From positions 248,001 to 312,000 of the forward strand of contig NW_027596303.1 of NCBI RefSeq assembly GCF_964194155.1: DNA of 64,000 nucleotides. Reading direction: 5' to 3'. A program made the position numbers and the translations under genes. Position 1 is the first letter of the stretch. Every line of letters starts with the position of its first letter. This document shows, in pieces, positions 1-12,150 of the stretch. Below the pieces are notes generated by a model. The model worked only from the letters and a program-made list of their open reading frames with translations. It was not told the DNA's origin and ran no database searches. Source of the stretch: Cetorhinus maximus (Eukaryota).

Positions 1-98
1 GCAGCTCATCACCATCTTCTCAAGGGCAATTAGGGATGGGCAATAAATGATGGCCCTGCCAGCGATGCCCACATCCCATGAAAGCATTAAAAAAAAAA
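1..98 (+). mobile_element. 3' tail of a CR1-group LINE ('LINE-B') or of its partner SINE
   Basis: CAAGGGCAATTAGGGATGGGCAATAAATG...CCCACATCCCATGAA followed by an A-run. The same tail ends the RT-encoding copies at 5942-6958, 41380-42078 and 42878-44453. Confidence 0.8.
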
Positions 99-1639
99 CA
101 AAAAGGAACATTTCAGTTTCTATTTTCTGGGCCTCCAAGGATGGCCCTCTTGATCCCACGAATAAAACTCTCCAGCCCACTACTGTGTGCCTTTGAGGTC
201 CCCTCCTGGAATCACCTTCCTGGGATTGCTCCCCACCCACCCCCCACCCCATCCTGGACCCAACCTGGCTGTCAGTTCAGTGTAGGAGTCAGCCTATTCC
301 CCACCATGCTATCTTGCGATCTGCAGCGAAGCTTCTGGTTCACATCCACACCTCACCTGTAATGTTTAAATGAGGCCCGAAGCTGAATTTGATTCAAGCC
401 TCAAGCCTGGCATGAGCCAGCACAGATAGCCGTCGCTCTGCTAACTATGCATCGATTTTTATAGATAAAGCTCAATTTTCTGGAGTCAGACAAAAGTATG
501 TCTCTCCCTGTACCTGATCCTAAGATAACTGTGGAACTGGTAGATCACGCCCCTTTGAGATTGAACTGCTGTAATCATTTAAAATTCTGTCTAGTTTACA
601 AACTAGTATATCATTGGGGAAATTTAGTTAACAGAAGATACAAAACCCTCATCTCCAAGTCTCACACCATTCTTTCATTATCCAGAGAATTCCCCATCTA
701 ATCCCACTGTTGGATAAGTACATGGACTACAGTGTTCAAAGAAAAGGCCTACAAGGCCCTTCTCAGGACAACTAGGGATGGGCAATCAATGCCAATCCTG
801 TTAGCATTGGCCACATCCTGAGGGCAATGGTTTAAAGAAATAACTAAGATTTTGTGAAAACAATTAAACCTGTCATTTGTATCTGAGTTGCAGTAACTAA
901 AAAGAGATTGTGTCGAGCTGCTACATTTTAATTCAATAATTATCCATCCAGGTATCAATAAAACAATACCATTATTGAGAATATATATGTGGGGAGTGGG
1001 TACAGGTCTGAATCTAATTGAGGGTTTCATATGATTCCTATATTGGATAATGGAGAATGAAGTATAGGCTGGAGTCTAATTGAGGGGGTTAAAATGGATT
1101 ATTTTACCATGGAACACCACTGTACTGAACACCTCTGTTTTGTGCATCACTGCCCTCAGTACCGCTGCACCATCTATTGACAAACACTGCACCATTATTT
1201 CATGCTAGCACACTATCAAAACATCTTTCTGGTGCTATTGAATTAGCATGGGGGTAAATGGTTGCCTGCCTGGAATTAGGTTTTTGATAAATTCATTCAA
1301 CAGAAACAAACAGAACAGACAAGTTCCTCACACGATGAAAAGACTGACGTGACCACAAAAGCATACAAAGAGCAATCCTGTCTTCAAGCAGCAAAAAAAC
1401 TGGAAAGTTATAACTGGATGGGGGTTGGGGGGGTTGGGTGGGGGGAGCTAATTCATCTTACGTTGTAATTTTTTTTTACACAAACTACACCAGTACTGCC
1501 TCATTTATAAGCCATGTCCTGCATTTTAACGGAAACTCAAGACATAGGCAGTGACTGTTGTTGGTATGAAACACAAATGCTGCTTTCCCACTCCTCTAGT
1601 TTTCATTTCCAATTCAGCAGCAAAAGATATCGAGCTCAC

Positions 1640-1668
1640 CCCAATGAACCTTCCGTCTGTTGCTTTGC
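1640..1668 (-). CDS. Candidate 29-nt coding micro-exon 2 of the signal-peptide gene (adds GKATDGRFIG)
   Basis: Minus strand reads tttatttactgatccccttcag|GCAAAGCAACAGACGGAAGGTTCATTGGG|gtgagc. It has a branch-like CTGAT, a pyrimidine tract, AG and a GTGAG donor. Phase 1 in matches exon 1; phase 0 out; no stop. Confidence 0.5.
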
Positions 1669-2099
1669 CTGAAGGGGATCAGTAAATAAAACCGTGCTCA
1701 GACATTGAGGTAGAACACTCTTCCTCACAATTGACTGCTGGTCAAGTTCTTGAAGTTTGATTTCTGAATATTGCTGGCAGGAGCTTAAAGCAGATCAACA
1801 ACATTTTAATAAGGGATAGATTGCCTGCCAGGTTATTCAAACAGCCAATCATGTACACTCACCGAACCATTTTCTTTATTGCCCTACAACTTACAAAACA
1901 ATTTTTTTTTGCTTACTACACTTTCAGTAGTATCATACAGGAATATAATTTGGGTCTATTAGTGTTGGTACCTTATGTAGTGCAAGTGGTATTGTACAGA
2001 TGGCACCACACTGGTGATGTACAGGCAATATCGCTCTGCAAATGTTGTGTGTCATTGTACAAGCTGTGTGGTGTTGACAATGCTTTCCAGGAAATATAG

Positions 2100-3725
2100 T
2101 GTCGGTGTTATTGTACAGGTAGTGTTATACAGGTGGTATACACAACTGAAATTGTACTAGTGATATCATACAGGTGATATTAGACAGACCTCATTGTTCA
2201 GACAGTACTGTACTGGTGATGTGGTACAGATAATTTGTACAAATAGTATAATTCAAGCCACATTACATGGGCATTGCAGTACAGGTGCATATTGTGTGGC
2301 TGTAAGACACAGAAAGTATCATTTGGTGGTGTATTGTGCAGGTGGTGTACAGACAGTATTGGACAGGTGGTGTTGTACAGACAGTATTCGGCAGGTGGTG
2401 TTGTACAGGCAGTATTGGACAGGTGTGTTGTACAGGCAGTATTGTGCGGGTGCTGTTGTACAGGCAGTATTGTGCAGGTGATGTTGTACAGGCAGTATTC
2501 GGCAGGTGATGTTGTACAGGCAGTATTCGGCAGGTGGTGTTGTACAGGGAGTATTGGACAGGTGGTGTTGTACAAACAGAATTGTGCAGGTGATGTTGTA
2601 CAGACAGAATTGTGCAGGTGGTGTACAGACAATGTTGTGCAGGTGGTGTTGTACAGACAGAATTGTGCAGGTGGTGTTGTACAGACAGTATTGTGCAGGT
2701 GGTGTTGTACAGACAGTATTGGGCAGGTGGTGTTGTACAGACAGTATTGGGCAGGTGGTGTTGTACAGACAGAATTGTGCAGGTGGTGTTGTACAGACAG
2801 AATTGTGCAGGTGGTGTACAGACAATATTGTGCAGGTGGTGTTGTACAGACAGAATTGTGCAGGTGGTGTTGTACAGACAGTATTGTGCAGGTGGTGTTG
2901 TACAGACAGTATTGGGCAGGTGGTGTTGTACAGAAAGTATTGGGCAGGTGGTGTTGTACAGACAGTATTGTGCAGGTGGTGTACAGTCAGTATTGGGCAG
3001 GTGGTATTGTACAGACAGTATCGGGCAGGTGGTGTTGTAGAAGCAATATTGGGCAGGTGGTGTTGTAGAAGCAATATTGGGCAGGTGGTGTTGTAGAAGC
3101 AATATTGGGCAGGTGGTGTTGTAGAAGCAATATTGGGTAGGTGATTTGTACAGACAGTATTGGGCTGATGGTTTACAGGTTGCATTGAGAAGATGGTGTT
3201 GTAAAGACAGCATTGGGAAGATGGTGCTCTAAATACAGTATGGCGTAGATAGTGTACAGACAGTATTGGGCAGATTTCCTTTCACAGTATTGGGCAGATG
3301 GTGCTATACAGACAGTATTGGGTAGGTGATTTTGTACAGACAGTATTGGGTTGGTGGTGTTATACAGACTGTATTGGATACGTGGTGTTGTATAGACAGT
3401 ATTGGGCTAGTACAGGCAGTATTGGGCTGATGGTGTACAGGCAGCATTGGGAACATAGTGTTGTAAATACAGTATCAGGGAGATAGTGTACAGGCCGTAT
3501 TGGGTAGGCGATTTGTACAGGCAGTATTGGGCTGATGATGTACAGACAGTTTGGGAAGATGGTGTTGTACAGGCAGTATTGGGAAGATAGTGTTGTATGG
3601 GCAGTATTGGCGAGATGGTGTAAATATAGCATCGGGGAGATAGTGTACAGGCAAACACTTGGGCTGGTGGTGTGCAGACAGTATTGGGCAGATGGTGTTG
3701 CACAGCGAGTATTGTATAGGCAGTA
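2100..3725. repeat. 28-bp minisatellite (GTATTGGGCAGGTGGTGTTGTACAGACA)n with 25-bp variants
   Basis: Directly visible tandem units, homogeneous at 2330-3130 and degenerate at both edges. Explains the repetitive ORFs in all frames. Confidence 0.95.
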
Positions 3726-4261
3726 ATGCGCTGATAATACAACATATTACACATTTGTCCAATCCCTTTTGTTCATTTCTCAAAAACGCAATCATAAAGT
3801 CGAATTAAAGACTCTTACAAGTCCAGAATCGTTCCGATATCAGAACTAATCCACTGTCCCTTTGTGTGGGGACCTCAGTCTTCAAAAGGTTCCCTGTGGG
3901 TTTGACCACAATCAGGTCAGCGCTGATACACCCTGGTCTGCTGTTTAAAAATTGGTGACATCTTAAAAACACGCTTAGATATTTCATAATCTTATCTGTT
4001 TTGTTCCTTTTAATCCGTTTAGACTTCTCAAACAGCAACAACAATTGACCCAGCAGAAAACCAAGAGTCCAAATTCTAAAAGAGATATCAGATTATAAAG
4101 GAACTTAAACTGGACTTTAGATTTAATGTTCTGCTTTTATCTTAATATAGTATACATTTCATATATTGATTCGGCAAACAGCAAACATGATAATCCGGTT
4201 CAATTAATTTATAAGGGTGGAGCTACTGAAAAGTACAGTTTTGAGGCGGTGTTTTACTTAC

Positions 4262-4301
4262 CGACAAGCGCCAGAAGTAGGGAGATCCACGGGACCATCA
4301 T
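4262..4301 (-). CDS. First coding exon of an unidentified secreted or membrane protein (MMVPWISLLLALV-G)
   Basis: Minus strand reads ccAGTATGATGG (good Kozak context), 13 mostly hydrophobic codons plus 1 nt, then a consensus G|GTAAGT donor at 4262/4261. Lies in unique, CpG-containing sequence. Confidence 0.7.
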
Positions 4302-4810
4302 ACTGGAACTGACTGCACTCTGGGACTCGCTGCCGGTGGTCACTTTGCTGTAGCTTTCACTGGGTGGCTGCCCGCCCTCGGCACCGAGAGCAGCGCCTGG
4401 CAGCCCGGACTCGCTGCTGCATCCAGCTCCCAGGGCAGAAACACACACTAACTTTCCAAATCACCAACTTACTAGGGAAGGGGGAGACAGCTCTGGGCGT
4501 CAAATCACACTGCCCTCTTTAATTTTCTTCTCGTTGTAAATATTTTTCCAAGTTCTCATTTTGAAACAAAAAATTGTAATAGATCATCAAGTGGATATTG
4601 GGATTTGTTTTTCATCCTCTCGTTTCTTCCTCCTCACTTTGCCGATTCCTTGGTGCTCAGGAGCAGCCAGCAGCCCGTCCGTCCGTCCCCGAGAAGCCGA
4701 TGTGTCCTGAACTCTCCTTCTCTTTGTGTCTCTGGTTACTACTGGTTTTTTACAACATCACGCCCACCCACGTGCCGAGGCAGCAGCGATACATAGAAAT
4801 TCAGCCAGTG
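4302..4810 (-). promoter_or_regulatory. Probable 5'UTR/promoter region of the minus-strand gene
   Basis: Non-repetitive, locally GC/CpG-enriched patches (4302-4440, 4640-4800) directly upstream of the ATG exon. A second GTAAGT near 4470 may mark a UTR exon. Confidence 0.45.
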
Positions 4811-4837
4811 ACTGCATGATGAGAACAGGTAGTCTCA

Positions 4838-5942
4838 CTACACTCTGTACACACACTCAACACACAGACACACACTCAGCACAGACACAATCAACACACA
4901 GACACACACTCAGCACAAACACACAGAGCACACACTCAACACAGACACACACAGCACACACTCAACGCACAAACTCAACCAAACACACACACAATGCAGA
5001 CACAGCACACACTCAACCAAATACACTCAACATACAGAAACACACAATACACATACGCACACTCAACACACATTCAACCAAACACACACAACACATAGAC
5101 AGATAGACCCACAGCATACACCTAACCAAACACATACTCAACATAAGGACACACAAACTCACACTCAGCACACACACACACACCAAAAGATGCACACACA
5201 CCGACAGACACACACCACCCAGACACGCTCATATTACACCCACTCACTCACTACACATACCCACAGTCACCACACACAACACATAGACAGACACCTAGAC
5301 AAACACACACGCACACCACACACATACCATATGCACAGACAAACATACTCAGACATACAACACACATACCCAAACGCACCACACAAACACATTACACTGG
5401 CACACTCAGCAAATATACCCACATCCACTACGCCACCAGATACACCACACTCAAAAACACACCACACAAATAGACACACACACACACTGACCACAGAGAC
5501 AGAAATACCGCAAACACATTCACAGATCCAACACATTCACAGATACACTGTTGTCATTGTCGTCGTTTTGTTGGCTGTCCCTCGATTCGAAGATGGCTAC
5601 TCAGTGTCGAGTGTTTCTGCCATGGGTCTTGATGTGACTGAACAGGCCAATGCTTGACCCACAGAGCTTTGGGCACATGGGGCAGGACATCCCACGAGGC
5701 TGTGGGATCCAGAGTGCAGGACTTATGTACCACATCACAGATAACACCTACCAACAGACACCCACCACACAGACACATCACGCAAACACATTATACATTT
5801 AGGCACCAAATGTCACACACACATAACACTCAGACACACACCATGCAAACTCACACACATACACGCACCACACAGACACAATATATCATGCAAACCACAC
5901 ACAAATAAACACCACACAAACACATACATCACATACACCCTC
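4838..5942. repeat. Degenerate (CA)n-rich low-complexity tract (resumes at 6958-7150)
   Basis: CA/CACA/CAGA runs, interrupted by an RTE fragment and a LINE-B fragment. Confidence 0.9.
5548..5725 (-). mobile_element. RTE-clade LINE 3' end
   Basis: Minus strand encodes the C-terminal C2H2 motif CPMCPKLCGSSIGLFSHIKTH, followed by CTTCGAATCGAGGGACAGCC and a CAA/CGA-like tail. Homologous to 25370-25495. Confidence 0.75.
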
Positions 5943-6958
5943 AGATACTGAAGCAATCTCTACCAACATGCAACAAGACCTAGACAACATTCAATTTTGG
6001 ACTGGCAAGCAGCAAGTAACATTCGTACCGCACAAGTATCAGGCAATGACCATCTCCCCTAGATCAGGGTGACCAACTCAGGAAAATAATTAAGTCAAAT
6101 TTTGGCATTGGCTACTGTATGACCTGGGTGAGGGGAGCAGTGCTGGTGAACCTGTGAGAGCAGGTCACCAAGGCGAGGTCGCATTGTGCATGCACAGTGC
6201 TATACAAACATCGAAAATACAGGACAAACAGCGTCCCGGCAGCAAACAACCCGGGACACAGGGCAAACGCCTTAAGTTCCAAGACAGTCCCATAAAATCT
6301 AGGAAGGTTGGTCACCCTGCCCTAGATTATCAATGGCATTACCATCACTGAAACTCCGCCATCAACATCTTGGGGATATTATTGACCAGGAACTGAACTG
6401 GACCAGCTATATAAAAACTGTGTCTACAAGAGCAGGTCAGAGGCTGAGCGTTCTCAAAGGGTAACTCACCTCCTGACTACCCAAAGCCTGTCCACCATCT
6501 ACAAGGCACAAGTCAGGGGTGTGATGGAATACTCCACACTTGTCTGGATGAGTGCAGCTCCAATGACACTCAAGAAGCTCTGAGGCACTCCATCCACAAC
6601 CTTAAACATTTATTCCCTCCACAAACATAGTGGCAGCAGTGTCTACCATCTACAAGATTCACTGCAGCAACTCGTCCAGCCTCTTTCAACAGTACCTCCC
6701 AAACCGATGACCTCAACTACCTAGAGGACAAGGGCAGCAAATGCATGGTAACACCACCACCTGCAAGTTCCCCTCCAACCTACACACAATCCTAACCTGG
6801 ATCTATATCGCCGTTCCTTCACTGTCACTGGGTCAAAATCGTGGAACTCCCTTCCTAACAGCACTGTGGGTGTACCTACACCACATGGACCGCAGCGGTT
6901 CAAGAAGGTGACTCACCATCACCTTCTTAAGGGCAATTAGGGGTGGGCATTAAATGCA
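5942..6958 (+). mobile_element. 5'-truncated CR1-group LINE (LINE-B), RT C-terminus plus 3'UTR
   Basis: Encodes MQQDLDNIQ.W..K.QVTF.PHK.QAMTIS and STIYKAQVR.VMEY. Colinear with 42878-43700. Interrupted by a hAT MITE. Confidence 0.85.
6065..6319. mobile_element. Non-autonomous hAT element (MITE), 255 bp
   Basis: Perfect 13-bp TIR CAGGGTGACCAAC/GTTGGTCACCCTG and perfect 8-bp TSD CCCTAGAT (6057-6064, 6320-6327). Confidence 0.9.
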
Positions 6959-7985
6959 TACACCACACAGTTACAGGCATCACACACCAACACACACAAC
7001 ACACACACCCAACCATACACACAGACACAGCACACAGTAAAACCTATCATATATATCGTACACAAACACACACAGATACCAGACACACCCATACAGATGC
7101 AGCACCCTCAGACAGACAGTAGACACACCTACCTATACAACATAGACACAGCATAAATCAATGCTGAAACACTCAGGGAGACTGATGTAAAGAGGTTGAT
7201 GAGGTCAGGAAGAAACAGAAGCAACAAAGTGTTGAAACCATGCCAAACCTCTTGTGTAAGAGGCCCATTTTAAAAGGTAGTACTAACTCTTTCCCCTACA
7301 GCTGTGTTAATAACTTTCTATTACCTCAGCTTCTTTTGTACAATGTGCCAATCTATTGAATTGCCAATTACAATTTCAACACAGAAAGGAGCCATTGTAA
7401 GCCACCCTGCCTGTTTTACTGTTATCACAATGAAGCTACCTACTCCAGTCACACTTCCTTACTCTCTCCTGATGCATGTGGTCCTGTAGAGATTGTTCTC
7501 TAAGGGATAATTTAAATAGATATGCGAACACCTGAGTTGTCTTGCATGCTTCCTGAGGTTAAAATTCCACATTGTTAAATTACATTCAATTCCCTCCCAT
7601 GCTTCAATAGTCATGTACAGTATTGAATTCTATAATCTAATGGCACTTTGCATGATAAAAATTCTCTCCCTCTTTACGTTGCTAGGGCAAATGAAAAGTT
7701 TATGCCCCTTTGATATTAATTCATTTATCAGTGGAAATAACTCTACTATTGACCCTCTCAAGCCCTCTTACGACATAGAACATTTCTGTTCTATCTCCTA
7801 TCAACCTCTTTACTCCCATGAGCACACCTCTCGTTTACCCCGTTATTTATCATTCCTATGTGCAACTTTGTGAATCTATGTTGCACCTTCCCCATGGTTC
7901 CAGTAATCTTCCTATTACAGTACTGCATGTAAAACAACAACAACTTACATTTATGAAACTCCCTTAATATCCAAAGGCAATTCAC

Positions 7986-8672
7986 AGGAGGTGGTGGTGT
8001 AGTGGTATTATCACTCAACTAGTAATGCAGAGACCCAGGGTAATGATTTGAGGGCCAGGGTTCAAATCCTACCACAGCAGATGGTGGAATTTGAATCCAA
8101 TAAAAATCTGGAATTAAAAATCTAATGGTGACCATGAAACCATTGTCAATTGTTATAAAAACCCATCTGGTTCTCTAATTTCCTTTGGGGAAGGAAATTT
8201 AGGCTGAACCTTCCAAATGTATGATTACTACCATCTAGAAGGACAAGGGCAGCAAATACATTGGAACACCGCCACCTGGAAGTTCCCCTCCAAGCCACTC
8301 ACCATCCTGCTTTTTCAAGCAGCCATTGGAAATATCGTCGCTGGGTCAAAATCCTGGAACTCCATCTGGAACAGCACTGTGGGTGTACCTGCACCACATG
8401 GACTGCAGCAGTTCAAGAAGGAAGCTCACCATCACCTTCTCAAGGGCAATTAGGGATCGGCAATAAATGCTGGCCTAGTCAGCGATGCCCACATCCCATG
8501 AATGAGTAAATTTTTAAAAATCCACTGTCCTTATCTGGTCTGGCCTACATGTGACTCCAAACCCACAGCAAGCAATATGGAATCTCCTCTGAAATCACCT
8601 TTTCAAGGACAATTAGGGATGAGCAATAAATGTCAGCAACACCCACATCCCATGAATGAATAAAAATAAAAC
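7986..8672 (+). mobile_element. tRNA-derived SINE with LINE-B tail, containing a nested LINE-B 3' fragment (about 8203-8520)
   Basis: A-box TGGTGTAGTGG and B-box GGTTCAAATCC. Body (AAAACCCATCTGGTTC...TGGTCTGGCCTACATGTGACTCC) is shared with 24882-25243 and 62840-63272. Confidence 0.8.
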
Positions 8673-9492
8673 AAAGTATGACACCAGGACATATAAGGAG
8701 ATATTAGGCCAAATGACCAAAGGCTTCGTCAAAGAGTGTTTTAAGGAGTGTCTTAAAGGAGTAAAGCAAGGTAGAGAGGCTGAGAGGTGAAGGGTGAATT
8801 CCAAAGCTTGGGGCCTAGGCAACTGAAGGCACAGCCTCCTATGGTGCAGAAACTTTACTTGGAAATACACTGGAGGCCAGAATTAGAAGAGTGCAGATAT
8901 TTCAAAGGGTTGTGGGGTTGGAGGGGTTTGGAGAGGCAGGGAGGGGCAAAGCCCTGAAGGAATTTGAAAATAAGGTTGAATTTTAAAGTTGCTTGACGAG
9001 GAGGCAAAGTAGACCAGTGAGCATAGGGTGATAGGGGGATGGGACCTTGTTGTGAGTTAAGACACAGGTACTGGGGTTTTAGATGACCTCAAGTTTACTG
9101 AGAGTAGAATGTAGGAGACCAGACCATCATTTGCATAGTGAAACATAGAAGTAACAAAGGCATGAATAAGGGTTTCAGCAGCAGATGAACTGAGACGTGG
9201 TGAAGTTGTGAAGTTGGGCGATGTTACGGAGGTGGAAATAGACATTCTTAATGATGACATGAATATAAGGTCGGAAGCTCAACTTGGGATCAAATATGAC
9301 ACCAAAATTGTGAACAGACTGGCTAAAACTCAGATCGTTGTCAGGGAGAGGGATGGAGTCAGGGCCTAGGGAACAGAGATTGGAGCAGGGACCAAAAACA
9401 ATGGCTTCAGTTTTCCCAATATTTAATTGAATGAAATTTCTGCTCATCCAGCACTGGATGTTGGATAAGCAGTCTGATAATTTAGCAACAGT
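8673..9492 (-). mobile_element. L2 LINE 3' fragment
   Basis: LSDCLSNIQCWMSRNFIQLNIGKTE, GVIFDPKLSF, YFHLRNIA and AETLIHAFVTS are L2-type RT C-terminal motifs. Confidence 0.85.
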
Positions 9493-10269
9493 GCTAATAC
9501 TCCAATAATACAATTACTTTGATACTCTAATACAATATTCCAACTGTAGCCTGACCAGTTCTTTGCACAAATTCAACATTATCAATATGCTGTTGTGTTC
9601 AAGGCATTCCAGCAGCATTTCCATTTTTAAAGATTACTCAGTAATTATAAAGACCCCTTACTCTGGGCACAGTAATCACACAGCATCCTTAATGTGGACA
9701 AAGCACAGAGCCCTTACTTTTGGAGGCAGTGATGACAAATCACTGGACACAGTAACAGGACAGCAATCCTCACAATACAATCCTCTCTCTGGAAACAGTA
9801 ATCATGATATTATATTTCACACAGTGACCTAGTCTTTCTAACCAGGGACGAGCACTGGTGGAGTATGACATTCACTGGCTAAGGAGGTGCTTCTTCCACA
9901 CTGGCCAACTTTCCATCCCTGGGGTCATTGGTGTGCTGGAGGTCAGCTTCCCACTCTTGCACAGAACTGTAGCTAGAAACTTGATGCAGGGGGATGAAGG
10001 TAATTGCTGCTCTTGGGTCCTGGTATCCAATACTGAAATAGGTCAAATGCCAGAAAACATTGTGTTTTCCTGCTTTCTTATTGATTTGGATGCATGGACC
10101 AGATATGAGCAAGTACAGGGATACCGGAAGATTGGCCTTCCAGGAAAGGGGAGAGGTGAGGACACAGCAGAATGCACCTCTAAACAAAATGCCCTTTAAA
10201 TCATCTCTTGATAGTAAGGTCTCCCTCTCCACCTCTTTTCTTGACCCATCAACTATCCTGTGCTGCTAA

Positions 10270-11220
10270 ACTGTTTGTCCAGCTTTCAAACTCAGATGAA
10301 TTGCAATATTTGACAAATATTGGGAAGGCCAAAGCCATCAGGTTCAGCCTCCACCACATGCTCCATACCCTTGCCACCAATTCAATCCCTTTCCCAGGTG
10401 CTGTATCAGTTTGTACGCAAGTTTAGTGTCCTATTCAACCCTCAGCTGAGTTACCAATCCCTTATCCTCACTAGCACAGAAACCACCCACCTGTACCGCT
10501 GTAACATCACCCACCTCCACCACTACCTCAGCCCCTCCACTACTGCTGAAGCCCTTATTCACACTTTAGTCACCATCAGATTCTACCTCTGCAATGCTCT
10601 CCTTGCCAGCGACGCTTCTTCCATACGCTGTAAATATCAGCTCATCCAAAACTCTGCTGCATCCTATCCCTCACAGCCCTGCTCACATATCACTCCTGTC
10701 CTTGCTGACCAACTGTGACCCATAGGACACAAAGCCTCTGATTTAAACCATCATCCTCATGCTTAAATCCTTTCGTGGCCTCACCATTGCTTATTTCTGT
10801 ATCCTCCTCTGACCCCCACCACACCCACCATGTCTGTTCCTCTAACATTGGCTTCTATTACATGTCCCCCTCCCACATCTCTACCATTGTTGTGCCTTCA
10901 GCTACCTAGGCCCCATGCTCTGAAATTCTCTATTTAAACCCTGTCGCCTCTCCTGTCCCTTTACTCTTTCAAAATCCTCTTTACAACAAAATCCTCTTTA
11001 CAACAAATCTCAAGGGCAGTTAGGAATGGGCAATAAATGCTGGCCTAGCCAGTGACACCCATATCCATGAATGAATAAAATTATCTCTTTGAACAAGCTT
11101 TTGGTCACCTCTCCTAATATCTCTTACTTTAGCTCACCATCTATTTTAGTCTATTAAACTTTTGTGAAGTGCCCTGGGATGTTTTTTCTACATTAAAGGC
11201 GACATATAAATGCAAGTTTT
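10270..11220 (+). mobile_element. L2 LINE 3' fragment (LINE-B tail inserted at about 11008-11080)
   Basis: AEALIHTLVTIRF..CNALL, QLIQNSAA and SHITPVL motifs; ends in GCGACATATAAATGCAAGT. Confidence 0.8.
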
Positions 11221-11504
11221 TGGTACCAATGGTCCTTCCCTAGCAAAACTAGATGCCAAGTTGCTTAGCTGTAATTTGGACTTGAGGTCCAGCATCCCTA
11301 CCAGCCAGTTAAATGGAGCATGCCCTCTTGTTTAGCATTGAAATGAAACTCCCACTTGCTTTGGACAGGAGCCCCGATCACTTGCCCCAGATCCATCTGG
11401 AAATTTGAGTCGGGTTGAAAATAAGTGGAACTCATTTCTGTTCCAATTCATGGTCTGCCACATCTCTATCCCCATCCTCTTTTGGACACAGACACAAGTG
11501 CCAG

Positions 11505-12150
11505 TAACTACGAAGCATCCTTATAAGTCCCACTCTGGATACTTGAGCACAAAATCCAGGCTGACTCTTCACTGAGGGACTGCTGCACTGCTGGGGGCAC
11601 TGTCTTTTTTTTTGGTGAATCTTTAAACTGAGGCCATGCCTGTCCTCTTTGGAACTCAGTTCTGAAGAAGAGTCAAATTGGACTCGAAACCTCACTCTGC
11701 TTCTCTTTCCACAAAGGCTGCCAGACCTGTTGAGTTTTTCCAGCATTTTCTGTTTTTGCTTCAGATTTCCAGCACCTGTAGTATTTTGCTTTTATTTTAG
11801 ACTGATGTGAGACAGGTGAGTTTTCCCCTCCTGATGATTGTGTTGTTGCAATAATATTCCTGCTAAGTACGAGAGGGATCGCAGGTTCAGACATTTGATG
11901 TATGTGTTTGGCTGAGGAGGGAGTGGTGTGAAACTATTACGGCTGAACTCCTCAAAATCAGAATTCCCACCTAAACACAGAAAACAGATGATCTGCTCAT
12001 TAACTGGCTGTGGGATCTTGCTGTGCGTAAACTGGTTACATTTCCTACATTACAACAATGAATACACTTGACAGGTACTTAATTGGTTCTGAAGTGTTTT
12101 GAAATGCCCTGAGATTGTAAAAGGTGCTATATTAGCGCAATTCTTTTATG
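11505..12150 (+). mobile_element. Deu-domain-type SINE (SacSINE1-like), interrupted by a Penelope-derived unit
   Basis: CTGAGGGACTGCTGCACTG...TTAAACTGAGGCC central domain and GTACTTAATTGG...GGTGCTATAT tail; homologous to 44455-44870. Family name is from memory of the Deu domain. Confidence 0.65.
11657..11800 (+). mobile_element. Short Penelope-like-element-derived unit with hammerhead-ribozyme motif
   Basis: CTGAAGA-A-GAGTC-aaattg-GACTC-GAAA at 11662-11689, then CTGAGTTTTTCCAGC-type body shared with other copies. Confidence 0.7.

Noticed and set aside
514-568. Alternative minus-strand exon (phase 1 to 2; AVQSQRGVIYQFHSYLRI)
   Set aside because: Weak pyrimidine tract and GTACAG donor; out of phase with the micro-exon. 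Not supportable without RNA data.
2194-3213. Long Cys/Thr/Val-rich ORFs
   Set aside because: Translations of the 28-bp minisatellite in all frames on both strands.
4254-4448. 64-aa ORF as a complete protein
   Set aside because: Non-ATG start; runs through probable 5'UTR and 8 nt into the intron. Only 4301-4262 looks coding.
7986-8075. tRNA genes (also at 62840 and 44800)
   Set aside because: A/B boxes belong to SINE heads; no complete cloverleaf.
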